From the NCBI GenBank assembly GCA_964106915.2, contig OZ066916.1: a stretch of 64,000 nucleotides of DNA; one strand, given 5' to 3'. The DNA comes from Podarcis gaigeae (Eukaryota). Of the stretch, positions 1 through 12,025 are shown piece by piece. A program made the translations under genes and the position numbers. Numbering within the stretch: the first letter of the stretch is position 1; every line of letters begins with the position of its first letter. Under the pieces are notes generated by a model. It saw only the letters and a list, made by a program, of their open reading frames with translations, made no database searches and was not told the DNA's origin.

Positions 1-1339
1 AATAGTGCAGTCTAGGTTTATCATATCGTCTGCTGCTTGGAGAACTAGGATTATTTTTAGATGTAAGAAGGTAAACAGCAAACAATTTATGTTCAGCTGA
101 GAGTTATGATAATGACTGAGATATTGTAGAGTACTAGAAGTCCTAAGCAAGACTGTTCCTTGTCATTCTACAATGTAGTAGGAAATACTGAATCTTAATC
201 TGATCAGAACTTTACTTGGTCAAATAGTGTATCTCAGCTGTGTTGCTAGCAGTATGATGGTTTTAAAGCACACTTTAAAAAAATAACAATTGTCTCCAGT
301 TGATAGGTCCAGCAAAAGGCAAGCAGTGTATAAATACTATTTTCCATCATGAAAATGTCACTGAGCTCTGGTGTGAATATTGTAGGTCACCTTCAACAAA
401 AATGTAGTGTACCTATTCTGGATAGACTTGTACATCACTTTACATAAAGCCGTTAGTATGCAAATAAAACCTTTTTCTGCTTTGAAATGTGAAATATTTC
501 TGGAGCTAGAGTCCATTACCCTACTCTTTTTCTCTGCTGTGACTTGAAAATTAGCGTATTCATTTGCTTCAGGGTGTCTTACATTTGTTTCCTTACTGTT
601 TGTTGCCTTGTACTTGCATAATGATTGACTTTTGAAACTCAGTCAACAGCGTTTAAACTATTCTTTGCCTTAAATGATGACACACAAGCTGTTGCTTCTT
701 CCAGAATTGATAGCCCTGTTATTAAATACACACACAATGTCTGTCTTGCAATTTTGGTGCCAGAATATGAACATTTGAAAAAATTCTATGGAGACTTCAA
801 ATTGAAACTGGCCTACCTTCTTAATGCTCAAACAAAGTTGAAAATATCTCTGTCTGAACCATTTAAACTCTCCATCTTCCTTTTTTAGCTGGTCCTGAGA
901 TTTAATGGCTTCTCAGGGAAGCTGCAGCTTACTGAATTACTTCAAACAATCTAACTTCCAAGCAAATGGCACAAAAGTGCAGCATACTAACAATGCAGGT
1001 GTTGACTTAGCCTGCTGGTTTAATTTTTGTGATTTTTCCTCAAGGTAGATAATCTGTGCAAGTTGTTGGCACAGAGTGTTTGTACTACTTGAGTGGAATA
1101 AGCACATAGAAGCTTTGAAGGTCTATGCTTGATTTTAATATTCAAACTGAGGCGTGTGTGTTTCTTATGGCACTTAGAAATATTTAATGCTCCTTTGTTT
1201 CACTTTGTGCTGTGGCAGGTAAATAGGTAAATAGTATTGCTGGGTTTCCTGCACACAGCAGCAGGCAAAGTGTTTGATTGAGAAGTAGGGTGGTGTGGGA
1301 GTTGGAAACTTCTGTTGGCCAGTCATCTGAGGTAATCTA

Positions 1340-2435
1340 CTACGGTTACCTTGTTCAACCTACATTTTACCAGCCTTACTGGAATCAGCTATGTCCACAG
1401 CATTCCCCTGATCCATCAAGCTTGTAACTCCATAAAAAAAGAAGAAATTAGATTTGTTTGGCATGACTTATGTTTGAGAAACCCATGCTGGGTCTTAGTA
1501 ATCACAACATCCTTTGCTAAGTGCTCACAGATGGACTGTTTGTTCTAGGACTTTTTCGGGTATTGTTGTCAAGCTCTTAGTTACCTGTGTCTTCTCCACA
1601 CACACACTTTTTGAAGATGGGAACAACATTTCCCCGCCTCCAGTCTGCAGGGACCTCACCTGTTCTCCATTAATTCTCAAAGATTATAGACAGAGGCTCT
1701 GAGATTAAATCCTCAAGCTCCTTTAGTATCATTGGGAGCAGCTCATTCAGTGCATCAGGTTGTTTACATTCATTTAAAGTAGCTAGGTCTTCCCTCACCA
1801 CCTCTTTTCCTATCTTGCACTGCAGTTCCCTTATTGCATTGTTTATTCTGTTATCACCAAGTTGAGCACTGCTTTCCTTTTGGGTGATGCCTCCCTCTTT
1901 TCTTTCTTTGGAATTGTCTGCATTTGTGCCTTCAGTATTTCACCTTTAAGAAACTTCCATCCATTTTTGGATTCCCTTCTCTTTTGAGTATTTCTGACTG
2001 TAGGAGCTAACCCAGTAGTTCCTTAAGCTTTTTGAAACTGGTCTTCTTAAAAGTCCAGACTGCATGTGTGACTACCCCTAGCTTTCCCTTGCCTCTGCAT
2101 CACAAAACCCAAGAGAACACAATCACTTTGTCAATTAGATCCTCTCTGTTGGTAAAGGCCAAGTGCAAGATAGATGGCTCCTTTGTTGCTTCTTCCTTCT
2201 TCTGGGAAATGAAATTATCAGTGAGGCAAGGGAGGAATTTGTTGGATCTTACATTCTTGGCAGAGTTTGAGTTCCAAAAGATGGGGCAGTTGAAGTCTCC
2301 CATGACTCCAATATCTCTCCTTTTAAAGTGTTTGGTAATATGTTGTTTGGTATGTTGAATATTTGGTAATTTGTCTGGATCTGCTCCACAGTTCCTACTG
2401 GGAAAGTGATGGGAAGAATACAAGGTTGTTACCAA
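1340..2435 (-). mobile_element. Degenerate CR1 LINE ORF2 fragments (endonuclease region about 2030-2435, RT-proximal region about 1340-1860), internally deleted
   Basis: Minus-strand ORF 2100-2435 has CR1 endonuclease-like motifs (VMGDFN.P.I.W, SNKFL.CL.DNFISQ, ILHLAFTNREDLI). Neighbouring sequence resembles CR1 RT. Boundaries approximate. Confidence 0.8.
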
Positions 2436-2832
2436 AGCCTTCTTACCCAGTAGAAGTGCTTCTTGCCCAGTAACAGCCCTTGTGCTGCCTGATGAAATTT
2501 CAGAAGTTCATCTACATTTTCAATCTTAAATTATTTCGGTTGTAAGGGTGGGAGATGAGTTTCATTTTAAAAGAAATGTTACAGAAGAAAGTCATGGAGA
2601 TATTTACTGTAGTGGTTAAAAATGGAAGCTCTGAATTAGAAGACAACATTGGTCTGTTTCAGAGAGATAGGCTTTTCCAGTAGCGTTGAGACTAAGTAGT
2701 ATAGTATATGTTTACTTGGAGAGTATATCCCTTATTGGGTTTTGGTAGGGGATTAGTGTAATTGAACTGTTCTCTTCTGAACTATAACATTTCCCCACTT
2801 CAGCCTTTCAGATACAAATGGATTTGAACTAT

Positions 2833-3513
2833 TGTTGTAAATAAAAATATGCCCTTTTCCCTTATGGGGTATCCAAGAGCCCATATAGAGTCCTTACATA
2901 GGTTCCCTATTGGTAGGAGAAAATAACAGAGGCCAACCAGAGAATATTGAGAAGCAAAGCAGCTAGTAAGCTTGATCTTTATTGATCTGTTGCAACAGGG
3001 TGCTCCCCTCACACGCAGGAGAGGAAGAGGACCCAGAACAATGGCCTGCAAGGCCTTATAAAGACTATTGAAATTGCCACCCTGTAGATCAAGACCACCC
3101 CCAGAAACATTATGCATTCATCACAGAAGGGGTGTAACCTAAGACCACCCCTCAGATACATCCCACCTACATCACAGAAATTTAAATGTTGTTTTTCTCT
3201 TGTCACAGTTTATCTCCTGTCTGGCAAGTTACTTGATTGGATTCCCTGGGGAGCCTGGCCATTCTTTTGTAGTGGTAAAATACTTATTTCCTGGGCCAGG
3301 TCACAGGCTCACACCTTATTCAAACAGACATATCCTTGAGACAGGATTTGTGAGGAAAGAGACAATGGGGAGGCTTTTCCATTTTGACCATGCAGAGAAA
3401 CATTTGCTCAGTTTAGGAATCAAAATGGTTCCAGGTTGGCTTTCCTATGCTGATCTATGTACATGTGGTTATGAACGTTGCCATATATCTAAAACCATTA
3501 AATTCATACCACA
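2833..3513 (-). mobile_element. Solo LTR (681 bp) of an endogenous retrovirus or LTR retrotransposon
   Basis: Termini TGTTGT...ACCACA. 4-bp TSD CTAT (2829-2832 and 3514-3517). On the minus strand, TATAA (3056-3060) precedes AATAAA (2978-2983). U3-like direct repeats AAGACCACCCC at 3091 and 3141. Confidence 0.75.
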
Positions 3514-3809
3514 CTATAGATACTAATGTTGTGTTGCTTGTTGTGGTGCTAGGTACTGATACACCACATCTGTGGAGAGTTGTAACATTCAAGTGAAATA
3601 ATTAGTCTTTCTGTCATGTGTCGCTGAAAAGTGTATTTATGAAGATGATTTGGCTACTTTATTTTTCTCCAACAGAGCACAACTATTTACTTCAGCAGTT
3701 GTTTACTTTTATTCTTGTTCTAGTCTGTCTCTCTCCCTCCTAAATAAAATAAACCTGTACTAACTACCAAGAGGAATATTAAGCTCTCCTTTCCCCCCTC
3801 TTACTCCAG

Positions 3810-3850
3810 GTCCAGCAAGACTATGAATCTCTGTTCCAAATGCTTTGCTG
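3810..3850 (+). CDS. ZFAND3: ZFAND3 coding exon 2 (41 nt): (G)SSKTMNLCSKCFA(D), second half of the N-terminal A20-like zinc finger
   Basis: Polypyrimidine tract and CAG acceptor (AG 3808-3809), GTAAGT donor at 3851. Translation matches recalled vertebrate ZFAND3 GSSKTMNLCSKCFAD. Ends in phase 1 and joins in frame to the exon at 46663. Confidence 0.96.
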
Positions 3851-3881
3851 GTAAGTGCAATGTAAAGGTTTGGTTTTGAGA

Positions 3882-3883
<2 letters not shown>

Positions 3884-3923
<40 letters not shown>
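3884..3923. repeat. (CT)n microsatellite
   Basis: Perfect dinucleotide run about 33 nt downstream of the exon 2 donor. Confidence 0.98.
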
Positions 3924-3925
<2 letters not shown>

Positions 3926-4419
3926 TTTTAAAATAGTCAGTCTAAAGCACATAGTTGGCATCCCCCTTAGAGTTTATGTGTGGGTGTCTGTTTCTTAGTG
4001 TGTGTGCATGAAATCAGATTCTCCTCACTCCGGTGCTTCATTTATTTGCTCAAGTTTGTTGAAACAATCTCCAGTGTGTATAAAAGCAAGAGCCTCTTGC
4101 GTACAGGCACCAATCAAGCCTTCACTCAGCAAAGTTTACAGAACTCTGGAATGCCCTTGAACTAGACAACTCCTGTCAAAGCTACTCGCATTAAGAGTTC
4201 AGATTGCAGTTTTAGAATTTCTAGTTCAATAGAGCAGGCTTTAATTATGTTAATTGGAACTAAGAATTCTGTTAGTAGCTCCAGTACTAGATGGGAAAAT
4301 ATTTCTCTTCCACCTGTAAGTCTCTAGCAATAGAAATATATTTAACTATATTGTCTAATGGTGGAAAATAACTCAATTTCCAACCTACAGCCTTGTTGCC
4401 TATTATCTCTTGTCACTAT

Positions 4420-4670
4420 ATAAAGTGCTTTTTACCGTGTTTCATTTTGTCCTCTCATAACAGTAGTCACTATTATCCACATTTTACAAATGGAGGGCAA
4501 AGGCAAAGAGACAGACAGGTATTTACTCAGACGTGTGCAATACTGCAGTTGAGCAAGATTGTGAATTCTGTTCTTGTTGGTCTCATCCAGCACTCTGACT
4601 TCTTTAAGACTGACCTCTAATTTGGAGCAGAGATTCTTAGTTCCCATGTTCTGCAGCCCTGTAACATTAT
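4420..4670 (-). mobile_element. Ancient MIR/CORE-like SINE remnant
   Basis: CORE-like motif TATTATCCACATTTTACAAATGGAG...AGGCAAAGAGA. Highly decayed. Confidence 0.5.
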
Positions 4671-4794
4671 AATCATATGACCAATGGAAATAAACAATAA
4701 ACCATTATAGAATTCTTTGGATTGACATATATAATGTAATATATCTACAAGCTAAGTCACTCTTGGCAATTCCCATTATGTAAAGTGGGAGAAA

Positions 4795-5160
4795 GGGACG
4801 CAGGTGGCGCTGTGGGTTAAAGCCTCAGCACCTAGGACTTGCCGATCAAAAGGTCGGCGGTTCGAATCCCTGCGGCGGGGTGCGCTCCCGCTGCTCGGTC
4901 CCAGCGCCTGCCAACCTAGCAGTTCGAAAGCACCTCCGGGTGCAAGTAGATAAATAGGGACCGCTTACCAGCGGGAAGGTAAACGGCGTTTCCGTGTGCG
5001 GCTCTGGCTCGCCAGAGCAGCGATGTCACGCTGGCCACGTGACCCGGAAGTGTCTCCGGACAGCGCTGGCCCCTGGCCTCTTGAGTGAGATGGGCGCACA
5101 ACCCCAGAGTCTGTCAAGACTGGCCCGTACGGGCAGGGGTACCTTTACCTTTACCTTTTT
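4795..5160 (+). mobile_element. Full-length Sauria SINE, young copy
   Basis: tRNA-like head with A box (GGTGGCGCTGTGG) and B box (GGTTCGAATCC), (ACCTTT)n tail, perfect 14-15 bp TSD TAAAGTGGGAGAAA(G) at 4781 and 5161, many intact CpGs. Confidence 0.93.
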
Positions 5161-5414
5161 TAAAGTGGGAGAAAGAGTGGTGTAATTTAAAGAGCGGTTG
5201 TGAGGATAAATGAATGAGATGAGTACTGTAAAACCTTTGAGTACACAAAATGCAGTCTGCAGTAGAAGAAAGTAGTAATAGTAGTACCACCAATTGAATG
5301 AACAAAGCCCTTTGTTGTGCCTTTGCTGCTTTTAAGTTACTAGGCTGTTGTAACAAAGTGCTCTTGAGATATTTAGCTTTTGCTGCTCTTGTTACAGTAT
5401 CAGAATTACAAGGA

Positions 5415-5490
5415 ATATTAGTATATTAATATTATTAGGAACTATATTAGTAGGACTATATTAGTATATTAGGAACTATATTAGTAGGAA
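5415..5490. repeat. Short imperfect tandem repeat (TAGGAACTATATTAG units)
   Basis: About three copies visible directly. Confidence 0.8.
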
Positions 5491-5865
5491 CACTTTTGTA
5501 GATAAGTCTATAGTTGAATTTGGTTGTGTTGATTTTTAGAATGTTGAAGTATTTCAGAGGCATGCACAAGATATCAGCTATTTCTCAAAGAAAGAAAATA
5601 TTTCAAAGAACCATGACAGATAAAATATTAGGGTCATTGTTTTGTTTAAAATAGGCAGGAGCAGCAGAGACCATAGATTTCCATGAAATCTAACCACACT
5701 TTTTATCTCTGCAGGAGATAGGCAACTTGGAGTATGCAAAGAGTAACATCCTATAAAACCCCATCACCCAATATTGAATAAGGCCATAAGCCTTAACAAT
5801 TTCGCCTTGGAACTAAAGCAAATTTTATGAAATGCACGTAATATTTATTACTATTTATTAAAATA

Positions 5866-5999
5866 CCTCAACTGGTAGAGCATGAGACTCTTATGTCTCA
5901 TGGTCATAGATTCAAGCCCCATGTTGGGCAAAAAGATTCCTTTATTGCCGGGGTTGGACTAGATGACCCTTGAGGTCCCTTCCAGCTGTGATTCTGTGA
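5866..5999 (+). mobile_element. Short SINE with tRNA-derived head and CR1-like 3' tail
   Basis: CTCAACTGGTAGAGCATGAGACTCTTA...GATTCAAGCCCC resembles a tRNA(Lys) head. GGGTTGGACTAGATGACCCTTGAGGTCCCTTCCAGC...GATTCTGTGA resembles a CR1 3' end. Confidence 0.75.
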
Positions 6000-6709
6000 A
6001 ATATATATCCCATCCTTCTTCCCAAAGAAGTCCAGGGTGGGTGTAGCCCACAGATGCTTATGCTACAATAAATTTGCCTACCTTTTAAAGCCCTAAGGTT
6101 TTCCTTTTTCGGCAAAACCAGATTCAGACAGACACCATTTTACATGTTGTCCATGCTTACATGTAGCAATGTTATGAACCTTTACTTAATAAACTCTGCT
6201 AGTGTAGACAGCTGGATCACTTCCTATTTGCTCCTTCTTTCAGGCTAGTGAATAAACAAGCCACAAAAGGGTCAGCTTAGTGCTGTGTCCAAACCCAGGA
6301 TTGTGGTCTTTTTTTTTACACTTATCAGAGAGTTAAGCGTAAACGTTTAGTGCAAATATAATGTGGCTGCCTAAATGCCAATTGTGTTCCATCATCATAT
6401 TGTGTAAGAAGTCCTATGATAGTATTATGACTGCCATTTGCCTATGAGACTTGAAAACAAGTTAACGTAGCACCCTGGGATTTTAGCCAGGCCACTTAAA
6501 TAAGAAAAATGTTCAACTTTAATACAATGTAGAAGGTTAAAGGAATGATGGGCTTTACTTCTCATATACTGAAACGCTCTAAAGTGGGTATCTTTATAGT
6601 GCAATTTTTTCATGTTTACATTTAATTAGAATATTGCAAACTGAATGTATAAAAGAAAACCTGAGAGTTCTTGATTTTCACTTCATTTTCTTTCTCTCTT
6701 TTTTTTTAG

Positions 6710-6736
6710 AAAAAAGAAATCCACACAATGAAACAG
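6710..6736 (+). CDS. Candidate alternative 27-nt in-frame microexon of ZFAND3, adding EKRNPHNET
   Basis: About 35-nt pyrimidine-rich tract ending TTTTTTTAG, then 27 nt, then CAG|GTTAGT donor. Phase 1-1 with no stop in the ZFAND3 frame. No transcript evidence available. Confidence 0.45.
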
Positions 6737-7132
6737 GTTAGTAAACCAACAAAATTAACTGAACTCCTGTAAAACAATTGTGCTATCCATGTCCATTGCA
6801 CAGCCCAACACCCTTTGCTCCAGATCATAGAAATAAGAATGGAAATATGTAAATGATTAGGTCAAATGAGTTACACAAAAAGTGGTTGTTTTAATTCTTC
6901 ATACTAATTTTTCCATATTTCACATTTATTGTGATCTCATACATCCTATGGGGCTAGGGAATATGCCTGACTTCCTGATGGTTTGCTGTACAGCACTCAC
7001 AGGAAAATCTTTTAAGACTGGAGTAGGTAGGAAAAAGGAGAACTCAGGAAACTGGTTTCAGATTTTTGAAATAGCAAGTAATAAGCGACAAGATCAAATG
7101 CTGCTTGGCAACCCCATTTCACTTGCTGTAAA

Positions 7133-7540
7133 CAGTAGAATCATAGAATCATAGAGTTGGAAGAGACCACAAGGACCATCGAGTCCAACCCCCTGCCAAG
7201 CAGGAAACACCATCAGAGCACTCCTGACATATGGTTGTCAAGCCTCTGCTTAAAGACCTCCAAAGAAGGAGACTCCACCACTCTCCTTGGCAGCAAATTC
7301 CACTGTCGAACAGCTCTTACTGTCAGGAAGTTCTTCCTAATGTTCTTCCGCTTCTCTGGAGCAGCAGAAAACAACCTTTCTCCCTCCTCTATGTGACATC
7401 CTTTTATATATTTGAACATGGCTATCATATCACCCCTTAACCTCCTCTTCTCCAGGCTAAACATGCCCAGCTCCTTTAGCCGTTCCTCATAAGGCATCGT
7501 TTCCAGGCCTTTGACCATTTTGGTTGCCCTCTTCTGGACA
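7133..7540 (-). mobile_element. 5'-truncated CR1 LINE 3' end (ORF2 C-terminus and 3' UTR) with an internal deletion
   Basis: ORF 7213-7518 reads [25 protein letters not shown]...[34 protein letters not shown], typical of CR1. (ATTCTATG)n terminal repeat on the minus strand. Confidence 0.95.
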
Positions 7541-8779
7541 GTAGGGGCTCAGCATCCAAATAAAGGAAATCATGTAAAGTTTCACGTAGATTTGTATTAG
7601 AGTATTGGTGGCACAGGTGGTAAGGTTTTGATGTCTGGCTGCTGGAAGCCCCTGTTTGAGACCCTTCTCAACACCTACTAAATTGCTTAGTTGTGTCACT
7701 TTAATAAGGTGCAGCTGGAGTGGCAGATCCTCTCGCCATAAACTGCTAACCTAAGAGGTTTACATTTTTTGTGTTAAATTTTCATTCTGCCCTTCAGCCA
7801 TGGATCTCAGGGTGGTTCATAACATGAAAATACAAGATAAGAAACACAAAATATATAATAAAAACAGGAAGAAAAACCAACCAACCCCCACACTCCCCAT
7901 TATTCTAATTTATTAAGCTCACACAATTATAAAAATAAATCAGAGAATTGCAGTTGATACAGTTTCAGATTAGTGAATTAAAACTAAATCTTTGCCGTTA
8001 CTCTTTTTACTTTATTGCCTTTTCCTTGTATTCATTGGGCACTATCTGTTTTGCAGAACATGTATTTGTGCTTGTGTAATGGAACTTCCTCCAGTCTTTT
8101 CTGAGGTTCCCACAACCCTCCGGAACAGATTTGGGAAGGGCATGGGGTGTGGTGGGGAGATAGGAGAAGGGGAGTTCTGTTGTTCGAATGTCGATCTTTA
8201 TGCTGACACAAGTTAGTTGGATACTAACCACTGCAGCCTTCAGGTAAATATTTAGTCTTGTTTTGCATTAACTTAACCTGATAGAGCAATTTGGTTACTA
8301 CAACAGACACCCTACATAATAGTATGTAGAGACAGGGTGTGTGGAGTGATGGGAAAGTTTTAAATGTGCTGCCTGAGTTACTAAGCAATTGCCCCATACA
8401 GGCTCCCTGCATCTTGTAGGTTATAAAGGGGAAACAGATAAGAGTGCTATACTCTCCCCACCCCACCCCCAATTCTCCAAATCTGGACTCAGCTACTTAT
8501 GATGTGATGAACAACAATAAGGCTGAGAGAAATGTTTCTTTACTTTACTCTGAAGGAATGGGAAGCGGAGGAGGACAAGTGGAGCTGACAAAAGACTAAA
8601 AGGGAACAGACCTACTGTCTTTCCAAACTATTTCCGAGTCACAGCAGTAGATTCTGAAAAATATGCTAATGTGTTCATTGAATTTTTTTTTATAAATGTG
8701 ATGGTTAATTAAGCAGCTTAAAGCTACTGCATCTCCAACGGATCTTTTCTTTCCCAGTTGTTAATAGATTACACACACC

Positions 8780-8920
8780 CAAACACTCTTTATCAATGTT
8801 TAATTGTTTTTTAAAAATATTTTTTGTGTGTTTTTAATAGCTTTTTTTTGCTGCAATCCACCTTAGGTCTCTGTCAGGAAGAAAGGCAGGATATAAAGTG
8901 TTGTTGTTGTTGTTGTTACT
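8780..8920 (+). mobile_element. L2-like LINE/SINE 3' tail remnant ending in (GTT)n
   Basis: CCACCTTAGG...GAAAGGCAGGATATAAA stem-loop-type terminus followed by a microsatellite tail. Confidence 0.5.
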
Positions 8921-10813
8921 ACACCAACAACAACACAGTTTTTTGACCACAAACTGAGTAAGGAGAGGCATTTAAAGTAGAAACTGAGGGCATTCTCAAT
9001 TTAAAAAGTGACACATTATAAACACTGGAGAAGGGAGAAAGTAGTTTTGTAAGATGATTAAAGGGAGAACAGTTCATTTATTGTGCCGTGAACCTTCATA
9101 GGCAAGTCTTTCAATTTGTACGAAGCTTCAGTAATTTTTAATGTTTCAGTTTGTGCCTTCTGATGCACAAAATGCTTTGAGATCATTGTTCCTTTCAGTT
9201 GCCTTATGAAGTAGATCACTATTGTTGCTCTAAAACATTGGTTTCTGAGGCTTGAGGGATTGTAAGGCATTTTTGTAGCGAGTCTATGGTGTGCAGAGAT
9301 AAAAGCCCCATACCTGATCCACTGGTTGATACTTGATAGCAAGACTTTTTTATCCATACTGCTACATAATAGAAGTATGCATTGCAGCTGCACAGCATGC
9401 CCTAAAATAGTAAGCCTGAATAATGTGATTGATTTGCTTTGAGCTACATCATGAAATCTTCCCTTTCGGCCAGCTGTTCTGGCAAGTTAAAATAATATCA
9501 AATATAAACAAATTTTACAAGATAGAAGAAAACATTATTGTTGACAGTGGAGTGAGTTTAAATGCTTTATTCCAGAATAGATTTTTATTTCAGCACCTTG
9601 ACTTTTTAATATTAGTTTATGTATGTCTGTGACAAGAAAATAGAATATAACTGTGCGCTAAATGGAATCTCTCCTGTAAAGTGGGTTTACTTAAATCAAA
9701 ATTGTCTTGGTTTTATCTTCACTATAGGTTTAGAAAACTATAAAAGCTGCTTTAGTGCCCAATCATTATGCTTCAGATTAGTGCTTCACCTCTCTTTGTG
9801 GCAGGTTGAAGGACTCAACGTGTCATTTTATGGGCTTATCAAATTGGCTCATTAAGTGACTAAAGGCATCATTCTCTTCTTTAATAGAAGAACTTTGTGC
9901 TCTCTCTCATCTCTTCCACCTCACCCTGCCACCTGACTCCTGAATTGTTTTTAGATTCACAGTGCTCCCTGCTTCTGGTACAAGAATCTAGAACTATGTA
10001 GGAGTTTATATTCATCTATCACTTTAATAGGCTCTATTCAAAAACCAAACGTGGGTGTGTTACGGAGATAATGTGAAGCTATTGTTTAACCTACATACAA
10101 GCTTGACCCTCTTGGTCCTGGCACTAGAGTCCTAAGTTTCAACAATGCTATCTGCTGCAATACAAATATAGCACAATTTGCCCTGTTAATGTTTCCTTAA
10201 GAATTTCCAAATACTGGCAATTTGAATATTTCAGATCTCCCATTCTATATTGAAATTTAGTAGCCGGCTGTCAGCGGAAAGAAATTTCCAGATGCACAAT
10301 AGCAGAGTAGGACGTGCTTGCATTCCATGAAAGGGGGAGTTGTGCTCTGAGCTGTCTGTTCAAGAACATCCTCTTGTGAATAGGAGGGCTGCAGTACAAT
10401 TTCTCCTGCATTAAAGCCTGATAGAAGTTGGCACCTCAATTTGTGTTTCTCCATTAGGCCAGTGCTTTGTGGTGTATTTTAACAGCATTCAGGCTTGCCT
10501 TTATAGCCGTAGCCTGTTGAGTGTCTAGTGCAAGACTGTTGCTGAAGTCATTCTCCGACTAGCATTGTGAAGCTGGCAGTACTTTGTGTTCCTGTCTGTT
10601 TTATACGGAACTGATTTAGCATGCTTTTAAAAATGTTAGCAGCATAACTATTGCTTTAAATGGTAATAAATGTACTCCATAGCTGTATATGTATAGATAA
10701 CAGATCCATCTTTCCACTGTTCTCAAAATGTATGTAGGTCTTTAAAATATCCAAAATGCTTACATTATATAGCTGACTTGTTGTGTTTTGCTCAAAAATT
10801 AACATTTTTAGAT

Positions 10814-10939
10814 CGGGGGAAGGGAACAAGTGGACCTTCAGGTGTTGTTGGGCTCCCATTAGCCCCAGGCAGCAATGGCCAGGGATAATGAGAGTTATAG
10901 TCTGACAACATCTAGAGGGCGCCACATTACCCCTCCCTG
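10814..10939. mobile_element. Palindromic hAT-type MITE
   Basis: 8-bp TSD TTTTAGAT (10806-10813 and 10940-10947). Degenerate TIRs. Body resembles the copies at 22651, 56310 and 57750. Confidence 0.8.
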
Positions 10940-11029
10940 TTTTAGATTAACAATTGAGCTATAATAATGCAGAACGAGAAGTTGAGAGGGAGTGAGTGTG
11001 TTCCACATCTGATGATAAAATCTATTTAA

Positions 11030-11400
11030 AGTAATACCTCTGGTCATCACATTCGGTTCCCGGATGGATTACAAAATGGAGATAATAAAGCCACACAATA
11101 AAAACAGCCAGCAGATAAAACCAGAGCAGTCAGCAAGAGTTTAAAATGCCAAAAAATACTTTAAAAGCCTGAGAGAGTAAAAAGGGTTTTCCCAAGCACC
11201 AAAAATGAAGAAATGTTGGTGCCAGGTACCGTAAATGTCCCTGGGGTGGGTGGTACATTGATTGAGTGCCATAGCCAGAAGGGCTCTCTAGTTGGCATAT
11301 GCTTCAGGTCTAATAAGGGAGAAGGAGATAGGGTGATATCTTAGGGTTACAGGATATAGGGTTGAAAGCATTCCTTCAACTACTTAGATTCCAACTATTA
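11030..11400 (-). mobile_element. Decayed L2-like LINE 3' fragment
   Basis: Resembles other L2 3' fragments in the window (AAAAGCCTG...AAAAAGG.TTT...CACC.AAA...GTTGGTGCCAGG). Boundaries approximate. Confidence 0.45.
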
Positions 11401-11977
11401 AAAAGGAGAGTTGGATCCAATTACCCATTCCATGGATAGGTCCCCGGGTTCATTAACTTCCTTGAGAACCTTTGATATGTCGTTTGAATATCATATCGAT
11501 ATGGCTTAATATAGGACATTTTAATTCAGTAAAATGTTACATATTTACTGCTAAATGATAACTGTTGGATTCTAGCCATCCTAAAGGTCTGAATCCTGCT
11601 GTAGTGTTTGACACTTCCCAATTCTGGTCCTTTGAATGCCTGACAGACTTCACAAACCATCACTGAAGTTTTGTGGTCAAAGACATATGGAAAGCCTTTC
11701 ACAAATATGTGTGTGAGAGAGATGCTGTGCATTCTCCTCTACGATTAAGTGTGTCTGATTTGTGTTATGACTTCGTAATAGTCTCGCTTCATACTTCTTA
11801 ATATCGTGTTCTCAGTTCTTGACCATTAACCTTGCTCTGCGCAAGGCCTGCTGAAACATCATATCTAATTTAGTCCCCTGTGTGTGCATGTTCTCAGATG
11901 ACTTAGTTGTAAAGAGACTTTTCTATGTTGACAGTGTGAAGCAAGCTAAGGGCTGGTCAGTATGATTTCTTTAGTTG

Positions 11978-11978
<1 letters not shown>

Positions 11979-12025
<47 letters not shown>
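11979..12025. repeat. (TTA)n microsatellite
   Basis: Direct. Explains the poly-Tyr ORF. Confidence 0.98.

Noticed and set aside
4795-4880. tRNA gene
   Set aside because: The A and B boxes belong to the Sauria SINE head, which continues into a SINE body, tail and TSD. The same applies to 5866-5925.
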